A stretch of 64,000 nt of DNA. Source: Eledone cirrhosa (taxonomy: Eukaryota). The notes beneath the pieces are model-generated. The model was not told the origin of the DNA and did not search any database. It saw nothing but the letters and a program-made list of their open reading frames with translations. Position 1 is the first letter of the stretch. The number at the start of each line of letters is the position of its first letter. A program made the translations under genes and the position numbers. Location of the stretch: assembly GCA_964016885.1 (NCBI GenBank), contig OZ024746.1, positions 77,934,001 through 77,998,000 of the forward strand, given 5' to 3'. This document shows positions 53,591 to 64,000 of this stretch, piece after piece.

Positions 53591-53835
53591 ACTTTTCATG
53601 GAATGATCATTTTCTGATTTACTGAGACAAGTGCCCTCATCTTGGTTGTTATAATATAAAACATTTTGACTGTTCTACCCTCTGGCCATCTTCAGATGCC
53701 TCTATATTGTCAGTAGCTACACACTATTATACTTCTCATGAAATTACTATATCCTGATTTATTCAGACTAGTGTCTTCATCTTAGTTGTTAAAGTCACAT
53801 CTCAGTTGTTGTACCCTCTAGCCTTCTTCAGCTAG
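53591..53835 (-). repeat. Two diverged tandem ~140-bp units, each with a decayed hammerhead-like motif
   Basis: acttttcatg (53591) aligns with acttctcatg (53731), and taccctctggccatcttcag (to 53695) with taccctctagccttcttcag (to 53831). Minus strand gives CUGAAGA-N-GGCY..gagggua..-GAAA-like. Confidence 0.5.
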
Positions 53836-54724
53836 CTGTTGTATTTGTTAATATTCTTGGAATTACAAATTGAATTCTTTATTCAAAGAATGGGAGTATA
53901 TTGTTTTCATTCCATTGTCCATGTTTGGTATATCCTTGTATTAGGTGTGTGTAATATTGCTTGCATGTTGCACTTAAACTAGAGTATGTAAAGAAAGCTG
54001 GAGGGTACAAGTTGAAATGTTATCAATCCAAATTTAACTCACAAGGCTTGGGTTGACCAAAGGCAATGGTAAAAACACTTGTCTAATGTGAAGTTGTTGG
54101 ATGTGATGTGGAATCTCATGATTGCGAAGCAAACTCTTTATGTCTCAACCCCAACTACATCCATGACATTGACTGTTAATATCCATCCTGACTAAAAAAC
54201 TAAACTTAGCTGATCTAACAGGTATTTTATGGCTGTTTTTACACTACTAGAGCAGAAGCTAGCCTTGCAGACCCTATGACAAGCTTCATTGCTCATGATA
54301 GGGTCCTTTTTGTGACAATGTGGTATGACTAGATGCCTTTCCTGGTACCAACCATTTTAGTCACCTTGTACACCATACATAGGCTTATGGTGCACTTGTT
54401 CAAAACTGTATACACATTCCTGGACCTTTAAATCACAGTTGCAATCCATCAGTTTGCATCAATGTAATTCCACACAAGTCTTGGGTCAAACCAAGACTAT
54501 TGTAAATACACTTTCCCATCATGTCGTGTGGTGAGATTCAAAGTGAAGCTTCATGATTTCAAAGCAGGCGTCTTAAGACTGAGTCATACCTGCTTCCATA
54601 ACATTGAATGTTATCTCTTAACGTCCTGTACCACATGAAACCACATTAGTAAGGTATTCTTGAAAAGTACAAAACAGCACTATGACTGTATCACATTAGG
54701 AAACATGAAATTGTTACTCTGTTA

Positions 54725-55095
54725 CTGGGGTTCCGCTGAAGGGTCTTTGGAGTCACGTTACTTAATAGAGTGCATAGATTGGAGATCAGAGAGTCACTCC
54801 AGGTGGAGCTGCTACTTCTCTGAATTGAGAGATGACAGCTATGATACTATGGGCATGTGGTTAGAATGTCTCAGGAAAGAATCACTGGACAGATTTTACG
54901 GGCGAAACCAACCATCTTGCTCAGGGATAGACCCTGAGCAAGATGGTTGGATATCATCCATGAACATGACTGGTCTCACTTGGAGATCCAGCCGAATCAG
55001 TTGGAAATCATTGCTTCTGACAGGACTCACTGGAAGGAGTGCGTGAGGACTCTGCACCCATGACCCTCCAAGGATTAAGTGGGCAAAGAAGAAGC
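54725..55095 (+). mobile_element. Decayed RTE-clade LINE ORF 3' end (same family as 36320)
   Basis: RVFGVTLLNRVHRLEIRESLQVE...YYGHVVRMSQERITGQILRAKPT, with in-frame stops. Confidence 0.75.
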
Positions 55096-55737
55096 AGAAG
55101 ACTCTGTTACTGCAAATTTACACAGGAATCTGTCCACTAGTAAAGATACTACAAACATGATTTATCAAGCATGTTTTGAATATTTTCTGCTACATCATTA
55201 CAGGATGTTAAGTGTTGACCGTCAAGCCGACTGCCAAAATAATTTTGTACACCCTCAATATTTAGCTTTTAAATTGCAGCTAGCTTCTTATTTATTATTC
55301 ATTTCACAGAATCTTAAAACAAATTCGATTGTTGTTTGAATTTATTTTATATTCATTTTATTTTGACATTTTTTTTTTTTTCGTTCAATATTTCCAAGTC
55401 CCATAGACGACAAAATCTTATTAAAACTAACAAGATTTCAACATTTTGGGAGGAAAAATTATTCATTTTGTATTCAGTAAAAATAATGCATTTGTACTCA
55501 AGCTGTAAATTAAACCTCAAAAAAGTAATAGGTTGAATAAAATTGTTACTATTTCTCTTCCATACAACTTCAATAATTTATATATGCAGCTAACCATTAC
55601 TCCCCTCACCTCTGCTGACTACTTTAATTTCAATATTGTATGAAGGAATTTAAAACTAGATTTCATATACTCTCTGCCATTCAATAATTTGATTTTATAT
55701 ACATAAGCATACATACCTACATACATGTGTATATATA

Positions 55738-55784
<47 letters not shown>

Positions 55785-56190
55785 AAGAGAGTTACGCACA
55801 CATGTATGTGTTAATGTGTGTAATATTATATATTACTTTGAATTAGTAGACCATTTTGAAAACTGTTCTTTAATAGTATCAAATCTAGAAAAGTTTCTTT
55901 TATGATTCAATACATATATGCTCTGAGTGTCAAATTTAATTCAATATACCATTTGTGTTGTTTGCATTGTCTGGATAATAATTTAGGATGACCTATTCTT
56001 GAAGACATCACCATATTTCCAACCTTTTTTTGTGACATGAAGTATATATATATATATGCGTGTGTGTATATATATGTGATAATATGTGTTGGTTAAACAA
56101 CTAATACTAGTGTATGCAGGATAGAGCACTCAACGAAGTAAACAAGTAGGTCTGCATACTCCGGAGTGTAAGTATAATAATGAAGTATAA

Positions 56191-56414
56191 GTCAACAGGT
56201 TGGAATTTACCTAATTTATTCGTTATACAATAAGCAACCCGTGACATATTAATGAATGGAAACAGCATGAGTAATTTTTATTTTTATTCATGTAACCTTC
56301 TGTTCACTTAATAGCTGTCTAATGAGGTCATAACTGTTACATAACAGTTATCATCGAAATATGTATAATAGCAATTGTGTAATGAATAAATGGGGTAAAT
56401 TCTAATCTGTTGAC
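56191..56414. repeat. Imperfect inverted repeat bracketing a hammerhead motif
   Basis: gtcaacaggttggaatttacctaatttattcgttatacaat pairs with attgtgtaatgaataaatggggtaaattctaatctgttgac. Confidence 0.8.
56314..56372 (+). ncRNA. Family A hammerhead with G5A change (core CUAAUGA)
   Basis: GCTGT-CTAATGA-GGTC ATAACTGTT acat AACAGTTAT CATC-GAA-ATATGTAT-A-ATAGC. Confidence 0.75.
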
Positions 56415-56675
56415 ATTATCATCATTATTATTATATATGAGAGAGGGGGTACACTATTCTTTTGTTCCTGTATTTCTAATGGAATACATGGTATTTTGAA
56501 TTAATTATTGAAGAATTTGAAGGGATTTATTAAAATTATTAATTATGTCATTATTAAAATTGTATTTGTAAGATAACTTAATATAAGTAAAATTGTTAGA
56601 AGGTTTTACTTTAAATGGAAATCCTTTAAAATGGATTAGTTCTATTTCATAAAACCAGAGGTGGTTTTCAGCATG

Positions 56676-56874
56676 TTAGTTTTAGCATTTACATTACTCT
56701 ATATATACTATTGTATTTTCAGGGTAAAGATTTTTCCTTACATAATCATCTCACATAATATTGAATCTATGAGATTTTGATGAAACCTTAATGTTGGTAT
56801 GGGTGACTGGTATGAACAGAAAGAGGTGAGATAGTTCTGGCCAGATATGGCCGGTTTAAATGCTAAAGGATTAA
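56676..56874. mobile_element. piggyBac-like MITE copy, eroded left end
   Basis: tttagcatttacattactct...taaatgctaaaggattaa. Confidence 0.7.
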
Positions 56875-57127
56875 GCTGATATTTGGAACATAACATACAT
56901 TTTTTCTCACATGACGGAAGGTATAGATTTAAATAGATAAATTTTAATATAAACACATTTAAACAAAATAGATTTCTCTCATAGAATCATCAGTGGTTCC
57001 TGGGTATTTGGTATCAGAAAACTTAAGGTCATCACTTGTCTTTGTTGTTAAGCATTATATCAGTTAAGCATTATATCAGCTCTGATTCAGCTATGACTAT
57101 CCAGGCTTGCCATTTTCTTAGGCATGG

Positions 57128-57196
<69 letters not shown>

Positions 57197-57719
57197 CCCC
57201 CGGGTTCAATCGGGGGTAACCACAATAAGTAAGGTACTCAATACATAGCAGAGTATTAAATATATATATGTTCAGTAGAAGTTGTTTTGGTAAAAAACAG
57301 GAGTAAGCAACAGAAAGCTCTCTACATTCGTAGAGAGTCAGTCTAAAAATAACTCTTTCTACTTTTGGCCAAATAACATTAAGTAAAACATTATGTAAAA
57401 TCAGCATTTTTCTTAATGTTATTCTTATATATATATATACAGTATATATATATATATATAGAGAGAGAGAGAATAACCTAATGTATCTCTTTAACTCTAA
57501 TGAAGTATGCTGTATATAAGTTTAGATAAATCTTGAAAATAATCAAGTGTTTTGAGGGTTTACTAAAAAAAAACATCTTCATTTCTAAATTGAAATTTGA
57601 AACATAACTCAACAAACTTTTCTTACATAAAATTATGATGGAAAGTTTAAATTTAAATATGGACTCATTAAAACATATGGCTTTGGTGTATTTGTTGAAT
57701 CCAAAATGTCATGATCAGT

Positions 57720-57762
<43 letters not shown>

Positions 57763-57990
57763 ATGCGTGTGTGTGTGTGTGCAAACAGGAGGAGGGAATG
57801 CAGATATATGTTCATTAAATGGTGGTTTGTTATCAGAGGGTTTAAGGGCACAATAAGTCCTTCTTTTTGCTGTTGAACATCATTTCTGCTCTGATTCAGC
57901 AGACTATATAATGAAAAGTGTTCCAGGCATGGCTCACCTGTCCAACCTTTTTTATAGACATGTGTGTGTGTGTGTATACACACACACAGG

Positions 57991-58160
57991 TGAAGGTACA
58001 TGGTTTAGTGGTTAGAGCATTGGGCTTGCAATCGAAAGGTTGTGAGTTCAATTCTTGGACCGGGTGATGTGCTGTTTCCTTGAGCAAGACACTTTATTTC
58101 ATGTTGCTCCAGTTTACTCAGCTGTAGAAATGAGATGATAGGACTGGGGTCCCTATCATT
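57991..58160 (+). mobile_element. 5' half of CORE-like SINE
   Basis: tRNA head and CORE-like block, ending at ccctatcatt. Confidence 0.75.
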
Positions 58161-58734
58161 AAATCACCCAAGACACCTCCAACGAGATATACCTTGGAGG
58201 AGGCCTGCTAAACCTGCATAGGTGTGAGCTGTCATACACACACACATATAGGACAAGACAACAAACGAAAACAAGGCGAAATGAAAAACAATTTTTTTTA
58301 ATTTTTTTATGGGAAACCTTGAAAAATTATTTTTTGAAAACAAAAATACAAATGAAAGACACAGAACTCCAGTATCATCAGCTTTTGAGATGGACTTTGG
58401 CAGTTTTGACCCCTACCAATGGTACTGCTGTTCCATCCGGGGTCACAGCACCTGACACAAGCCAAAGTGCTGTCCAGTGGAATAAGAGACTGTTGGTTCT
58501 ACCAGCCGCAGTGCTTTACTGGCATTTTAATTCATCGACCCTGGGAAAGGTTTCTAATTTAGGCATAAGACTAGTAATTGAGGTAATTTGATTAATCCCA
58601 GTATTTGATCCTAAAAGGATGAATGGCAAAGTTGACCTCAGTGGATTATGAACAAAGAGCATGTGGGTTGGGTAGGGTTGTAACTAAATGCCAGCTCAAA
58701 ACATTTTGTCCAACATTCTAACAATTCTGCCAAT

Positions 58735-59530
58735 CCACCACAACCACCACCACAACCACTACAACCACCATCACCACTACCACAACCACCACTACTACCA
58801 CCACCTTAAACACCACTACCACCACAACCACCACCACAACCACCACCATCACCACCACAACCACCACCACAACCACCACCATCACCACCACCACCACCAT
58901 CACCATCACCATCACCACCACCACCACAACCACCACCACAACCACCACCATCACCACCACCACCATCACCACCACCATCACCACCACCACCACCACCACA
59001 ACCACCACCACCACCACTACCACAACCACCACTACTACCACCACCTTAAACACCACAACCACCACCACTACTACCACCACCTTAAACACCACTACCACCA
59101 CAACCACCACCATCACCACCACCACCATCACCACCACCACCACAACCACCACCACAACCACCACCACCACCACCACCACCACAACCACCACCACAACCAC
59201 CACCACAACCACCACCACCATCACCACCACCACCACAACCACCACCACCATCACCACCACCACCACAACCACCACCACCACCACCACAACCACAACCACC
59301 ACCATCACCACCACCACCACCACCACCATCACCACCACCACCACAACCACCACCACCACCACCACCACCACCACCATCACCACTACCACAACCACCACTA
59401 CTACCACCACCTTAAACACCACAACCACCACCACTACTGCCACCACCTTAAACACCACTACCACCACAACCACCACCACTACTCCCACCACCTTAAACAC
59501 CACTACCACCACAGTCACCACCACAACCAT
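58735..59530. repeat. (CAC)n compound satellite
   Basis: CAC/CAT/AAC runs punctuated by cttaaa. Confidence 0.95.
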
Positions 59531-59773
59531 ATTAAAGATACTTTATGTGTTGTTCTAAGCGATAGAGACAGAGTTACTACACAGGACAGCTTACATGGAC
59601 TACAACTGAATTGAGCTGTCAGAACACTGAATTAGTTTAGCTGTGAGCATGAACTTGACTTCCCCTCTGATAAAAGAATTGTACTGCCTTCTTATAACAT
59701 AACTCACACTACAGGGCTAAAGGACCACCCCATTACAGACTGTAGTTGTGTGTGTTGGACCTCCGTTGGTTCC

Positions 59774-59844
59774 ATTGGGTTGACAGAAACTGTTTGCAAG
59801 TCTGTCAGATGGACACACTTGCAAACAGTTTCTGTCAACCTAAT
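59774..59844. repeat. 71-nt near-perfect hairpin
   Basis: attgggttgacagaaactgtttgcaagtctgtc agatg gacacacttgcaaacagtttctgtcaacctaat. Confidence 0.9.
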
Positions 59845-60308
59845 TTTATTCATTAAGGGTTCTCATGCCTGTGGAATGTGCAGCCACTTTGCACATCAGT
59901 TCATTGAGTCGAGTTGATGATTCAGTTGATTAAACCCACCAGATGCTCATACATAATCTCAATGGAAGAGTCCATCATTACCACAATCATCATCACCATC
60001 ATAGCTCTACTTGTTGCATTCTTTCATCATCATCTTGAGGTCAGCTCTTGCTACTGCTGCTCAGGTTTATGTGTGCCTTCCTCCTTTTCTTCATATGTAT
60101 ATATGTATATATATATATATCACAAAGGAATTGTGGTAAGGAATCAGATGGACCATAACACACCAGAGTACTCAATACTTAGGGTAGTAGAGTGGGAAAT
60201 AGGAAAAAAGTATGGGGTCATACTTTTTTCCTATATATATATATATATATATATGAAAAATTTGGGACCCCAGCGACTGAGCACCAGCCGTTTCAACAGC
60301 TAGATCCG

Positions 60309-60372
<64 letters not shown>

Positions 60373-61128
60373 CACATGGATGATGAATGGTGGGTGAAGA
60401 AGTGCCAGGAGATGCCAGTGGAGAAAAACCTGGGCAGAAATGGTTAGAGCTGATCTCAAAAGGCTGAACCTCACAACAAAGACGATGATGATGATGATGA
60501 TCATGGAACACAAGTGGAGGTAGTTCGTGCAGGAAAAGATTCATCCAATCCATGCAAGTATGGAAAAAAAACAACATCAAAGGATGATGATTGTGATGAT
60601 GTTTATGACAGGCCTCCTTACAGTTTCCGCTTACCAAATTTCATTCAAAAATTATTGATCTGCCGAAGGCTTTTGTCAAAGATAAGATCAATGTGCCATG
60701 CAGCCACAACAACAACAACAACAACAAACAGAAGAAAATACACACACACAAAATAAAAAGCAATTTTATTTTTCATGATGCTTGCAATTACCATGTTGGT
60801 AAATAATATAATCTGCTTTTTATTTCACATGATAGAGTATTGGATGAGAAAGTATTGTTAATTGTATTTTCAAATCCAATTTCGTACACGCACATATATA
60901 CCTGTGCATGTACGTACACACACAAACGCACATCTTGTAAAAGACTATAACTCTTCTAATATTTTGAAAATAAGTGTTTTTAGGATTATTTTGTGGGATT
61001 ATAGTTGGAGAAAAATATCCACCAGCTTTATGTTTGAATGTAATTTAATTACTAAAGAATTTTGTGCATTGCCGTAAGCATATATAGGCAAAAGGGTTTG
61101 GTTTTAGTTCTTCTTCTTTTTTTTTTGC

Positions 61129-61215
<87 letters not shown>

Positions 61216-61798
61216 TTAAACAAATAATGAATAAACAATGAGACAGTTCCTTATATTAAACAAAAAAAGTTCATTATTTAACGATCGTTTCTAGGATATA
61301 TATGTGTTAGAATTGGCATGCATATTCAACAGATCTATGTACAAAATTATACAAAATTATACATATATATATATATAAAATTATATATATATATATATAT
61401 ATACTACATGGATATAGATGATGTAGATGATTATGCAAAGCTGAATAATTTATATACATATTTATATATTTTTCAGATAAATTAAATTTGAATATATTGT
61501 AGCTATTATCATTTAAAGAAAAAGAAAAAAAAAAAGAAAGAATTTCTAGAAAGATGTACAATTTTATTTAAAAACCTATTCCATTTCATCATTTATTCAG
61601 TATTTTGTTATTTCATTTCATCTTATTTTAATTTAATATACTTTTCTTCAAATTTCATACGTAACTGTTTCGTTTCATTGCTGTTTACAATATCGTAAGA
61701 CTTGTATATATATAATGACAAATCCTCATCGTTCTAAAAGTAGATTGAATAATGCTGTTTTCTTCTTATGTAAAAACAATAACAACAACAATACATTA

Positions 61799-61840
<42 letters not shown>

Positions 61841-61911
61841 AACTACTACTACTAATAATAATAATAATAATAATAATATATAATAATTATGATAATAGTA
61901 ATAATAGAATT

Positions 61912-63555
61912 AATTGTTTCTACTTTAGGCACAAGGCCAGCAATTACCCAGTACATTACTGGTACTTTATTTTATCGACCCTGTAAGGATGAAAGGCAAA
62001 GTTAACCTCGGCGGGATTTGAACTCAGATCATAAAGGGCCGTAACTCTTTGCTGCAAAGCATGGCGTCCGACCCTCTACCGATACTGCCAATCCATCGCC
62101 ATTAATAATAGAATTAATAAGAAATAATTCTTTTAGCAAAATTACCAAATACTTATACAGTGGTTTCAACTTTGGAACTTTTCTCTTCTCTTGAAGGATG
62201 GATATATTTATTTAATCAATATTTTCAGTAGGGAAAATACAGATTTCTTCTTTTCAATTATTATTATTATTGTTGTTGTTATTATTTATTATTGTTGTTG
62301 TTGTTGTTGTTGTTGTTGTGATTATTATTATCAACAATAACAACAATAATAATAATATATGGAATTTATACATTATTCCCAGTTGGTTGACATTACAGAA
62401 ATGAGATTAATTCTCTTTTTCTTATCTGCTTGCTTCTTTCTTACCTTCCTACCATTGTTATTACTATATTATTCAGAAATGAAATAATGTTGTTTTTATT
62501 GTTGTTTTTAATTTCGGTACATGACCAAGAATGGGTAGGAGGGAGGAGTAGGGGAAGTCAGTTAATTGACCCCAGTACTTGACTGGTGCTTTATTTTATT
62601 GGCCCTAGGAAAGATGACAGACGAAATTGGCCATGGCGGCAGAATTTGAACTCAGAATGTAAAGGGGCCGTAACTCCATGGTTTTAAGCATGGCGTCCAA
62701 CGCTCTATCGATACTGTCAATCCACTGCTAATAATAAATGATTATTTATTAATGATTTATTAAAACCACGGAGTTACGAACCTTTACATTCTGAGTTCAA
62801 ATTCTGCCATGATTGTTATTATTTTAAGGTAGTGAATGGCGGTGGATTGGCAGTGTCAGTAGCAGGCCGGACGCCATGCTTTGCAGCATAGAGTTACGGC
62901 CCTTTATGATCTGAGTTCAAATCCTGCCGAGGTTAACTTTGCCTTTCATCCTTACAGGGTCGATAAAATAAAGTACCAGTCACGGACTGGGGTCGATTTA
63001 ATCGACTTTCTCCTCCACCAAAATTGCTGGCCTTGTGCCTATATAAGAAACAATTATTTTAAGGTAGTGGATTGGCAGTATCGGTAGAGCATCGGACAAC
63101 ATGATTTGGTGTTATATGTTCTGAGTTTCAATCACGCAGAGGTTAGCTTTACCTTTCCTTCTTATGGGGTCAATATTATAAAGTACCAGTAATGCACTGG
63201 AGTCGATTTAATCGACTCCCCCCCCCAAAAAAAAAATTGCTGGCCTTCTGCCTAAAGTAAAAACAATTATTATTGAGTTGATAAAATAAAGTACCTGCCA
63301 AGTACTGGGGTTGAATCAACATTCCCCTTCCTCCATATTTGTTGGCCTTGTGTTCAAATTAGGAATCATTGGAGTGTCAGTGTCGGTAGAGGGTCGGATG
63401 CCATGCTTTGACGCATAGAGTTACGGCCCTTTCCATTCTGAGTTCAAATCCTGCCGAGGTTAACTTTGCCTTTCATCCTTACGGGGGTCGATAAAATAAA
63501 GTACCAGTAATGCACTGGGTAATTGCTGGCCTTGTGCCTAAAGTAGAAACAATTA
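61912..63555. mobile_element. Cluster of Meta-like SINEs in both orientations
   Basis: Minus copies at about 61912-62100, 62505-62728 and 62768-62810. Plus copies at about 62837-63055, 63062-63270 and 63378-63555. Confidence 0.8.
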
Positions 63556-63633
63556 TTATTATTATTATTATTATTATTATCATCTGCATTATTGTTGTTG
63601 TTTCAATATTATTTTTATTGCGTATCATCATCA

Positions 63634-63668
<35 letters not shown>

Positions 63669-64000
63669 TGTATCATTGTCATATATAACTTTGTGAAAAT
63701 TGTCACAAAGTCCATTTTGAACCAACCTAATTCAGTTTAATGACAAAGAGAAAAAGTGTTGTCAGTGTCTCTCTTGCAGACCTACTTCAACTTCTTTGAT
63801 CTGCTGCATCACAAACACTGACAATTCTCTGGTTACAGTTCACCCTTTGTTCTACAATTGAAAGAATGGTGAACTGAAACAAAGAAATTAGTTGTTGGAT
63901 ATATGTATGTATGAGAGATAATTATTGATGTTGGCTATCAGAAACAGCAACAACAAAAATAATAAGCATTTTAAGGCCTTTTTTCCTTGCTAAAGTAGAA

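Noticed and set aside
56962-56998. Minus-strand aacca-CTGATGA-ttctatgaga-GAAA-tctatt-ttgtt
   Set aside because: Only a 3-bp stem II and a mismatched stem I. It could be a relic but is not supportable alone.
58688-59614. 308-aa His-rich ORF
   Set aside because: A (CAC)n satellite that is open on both strands; the start lies in decayed SINE sequence.

Overview
AT-rich, extremely microsatellite-dense animal genomic DNA. I infer a coleoid cephalopod, probably Octopus, from the SINE families and the (TA)n/(CA)n load. I can support no host protein-coding exon: the supplied ORFs are almost all translations of simple repeats or decayed LINE fragments. The window contains tRNA-derived SINEs (CORE-like and Meta-like), 5'-truncated RTE, CR1-like and Tx1-like LINE ends, a TTAA-flanked piggyBac-type MITE family and several minisatellites. 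The main signal is a dispersed set of minimal type I hammerhead ribozyme motifs of the Penelope-like-element kind. Five have an intact core and fold (1307-1373, 1972-2037, 2179-2244, 3167-3232, 47284-47319) and several more are mutated. One family keeps a long stem II that covaries in sequence but retains a C-C mismatch at pair 4, and has a self-complementary stem III. These motifs often sit in or beside inverted repeats. Also present are a 1.8-kb satellite-bearing foldback, a microhomology-flanked inverted templated insertion, and several fold-back duplications anchored on (TA)n tracts. All alignments, folds and family names were made by eye or from recalled consensus, not by database search.
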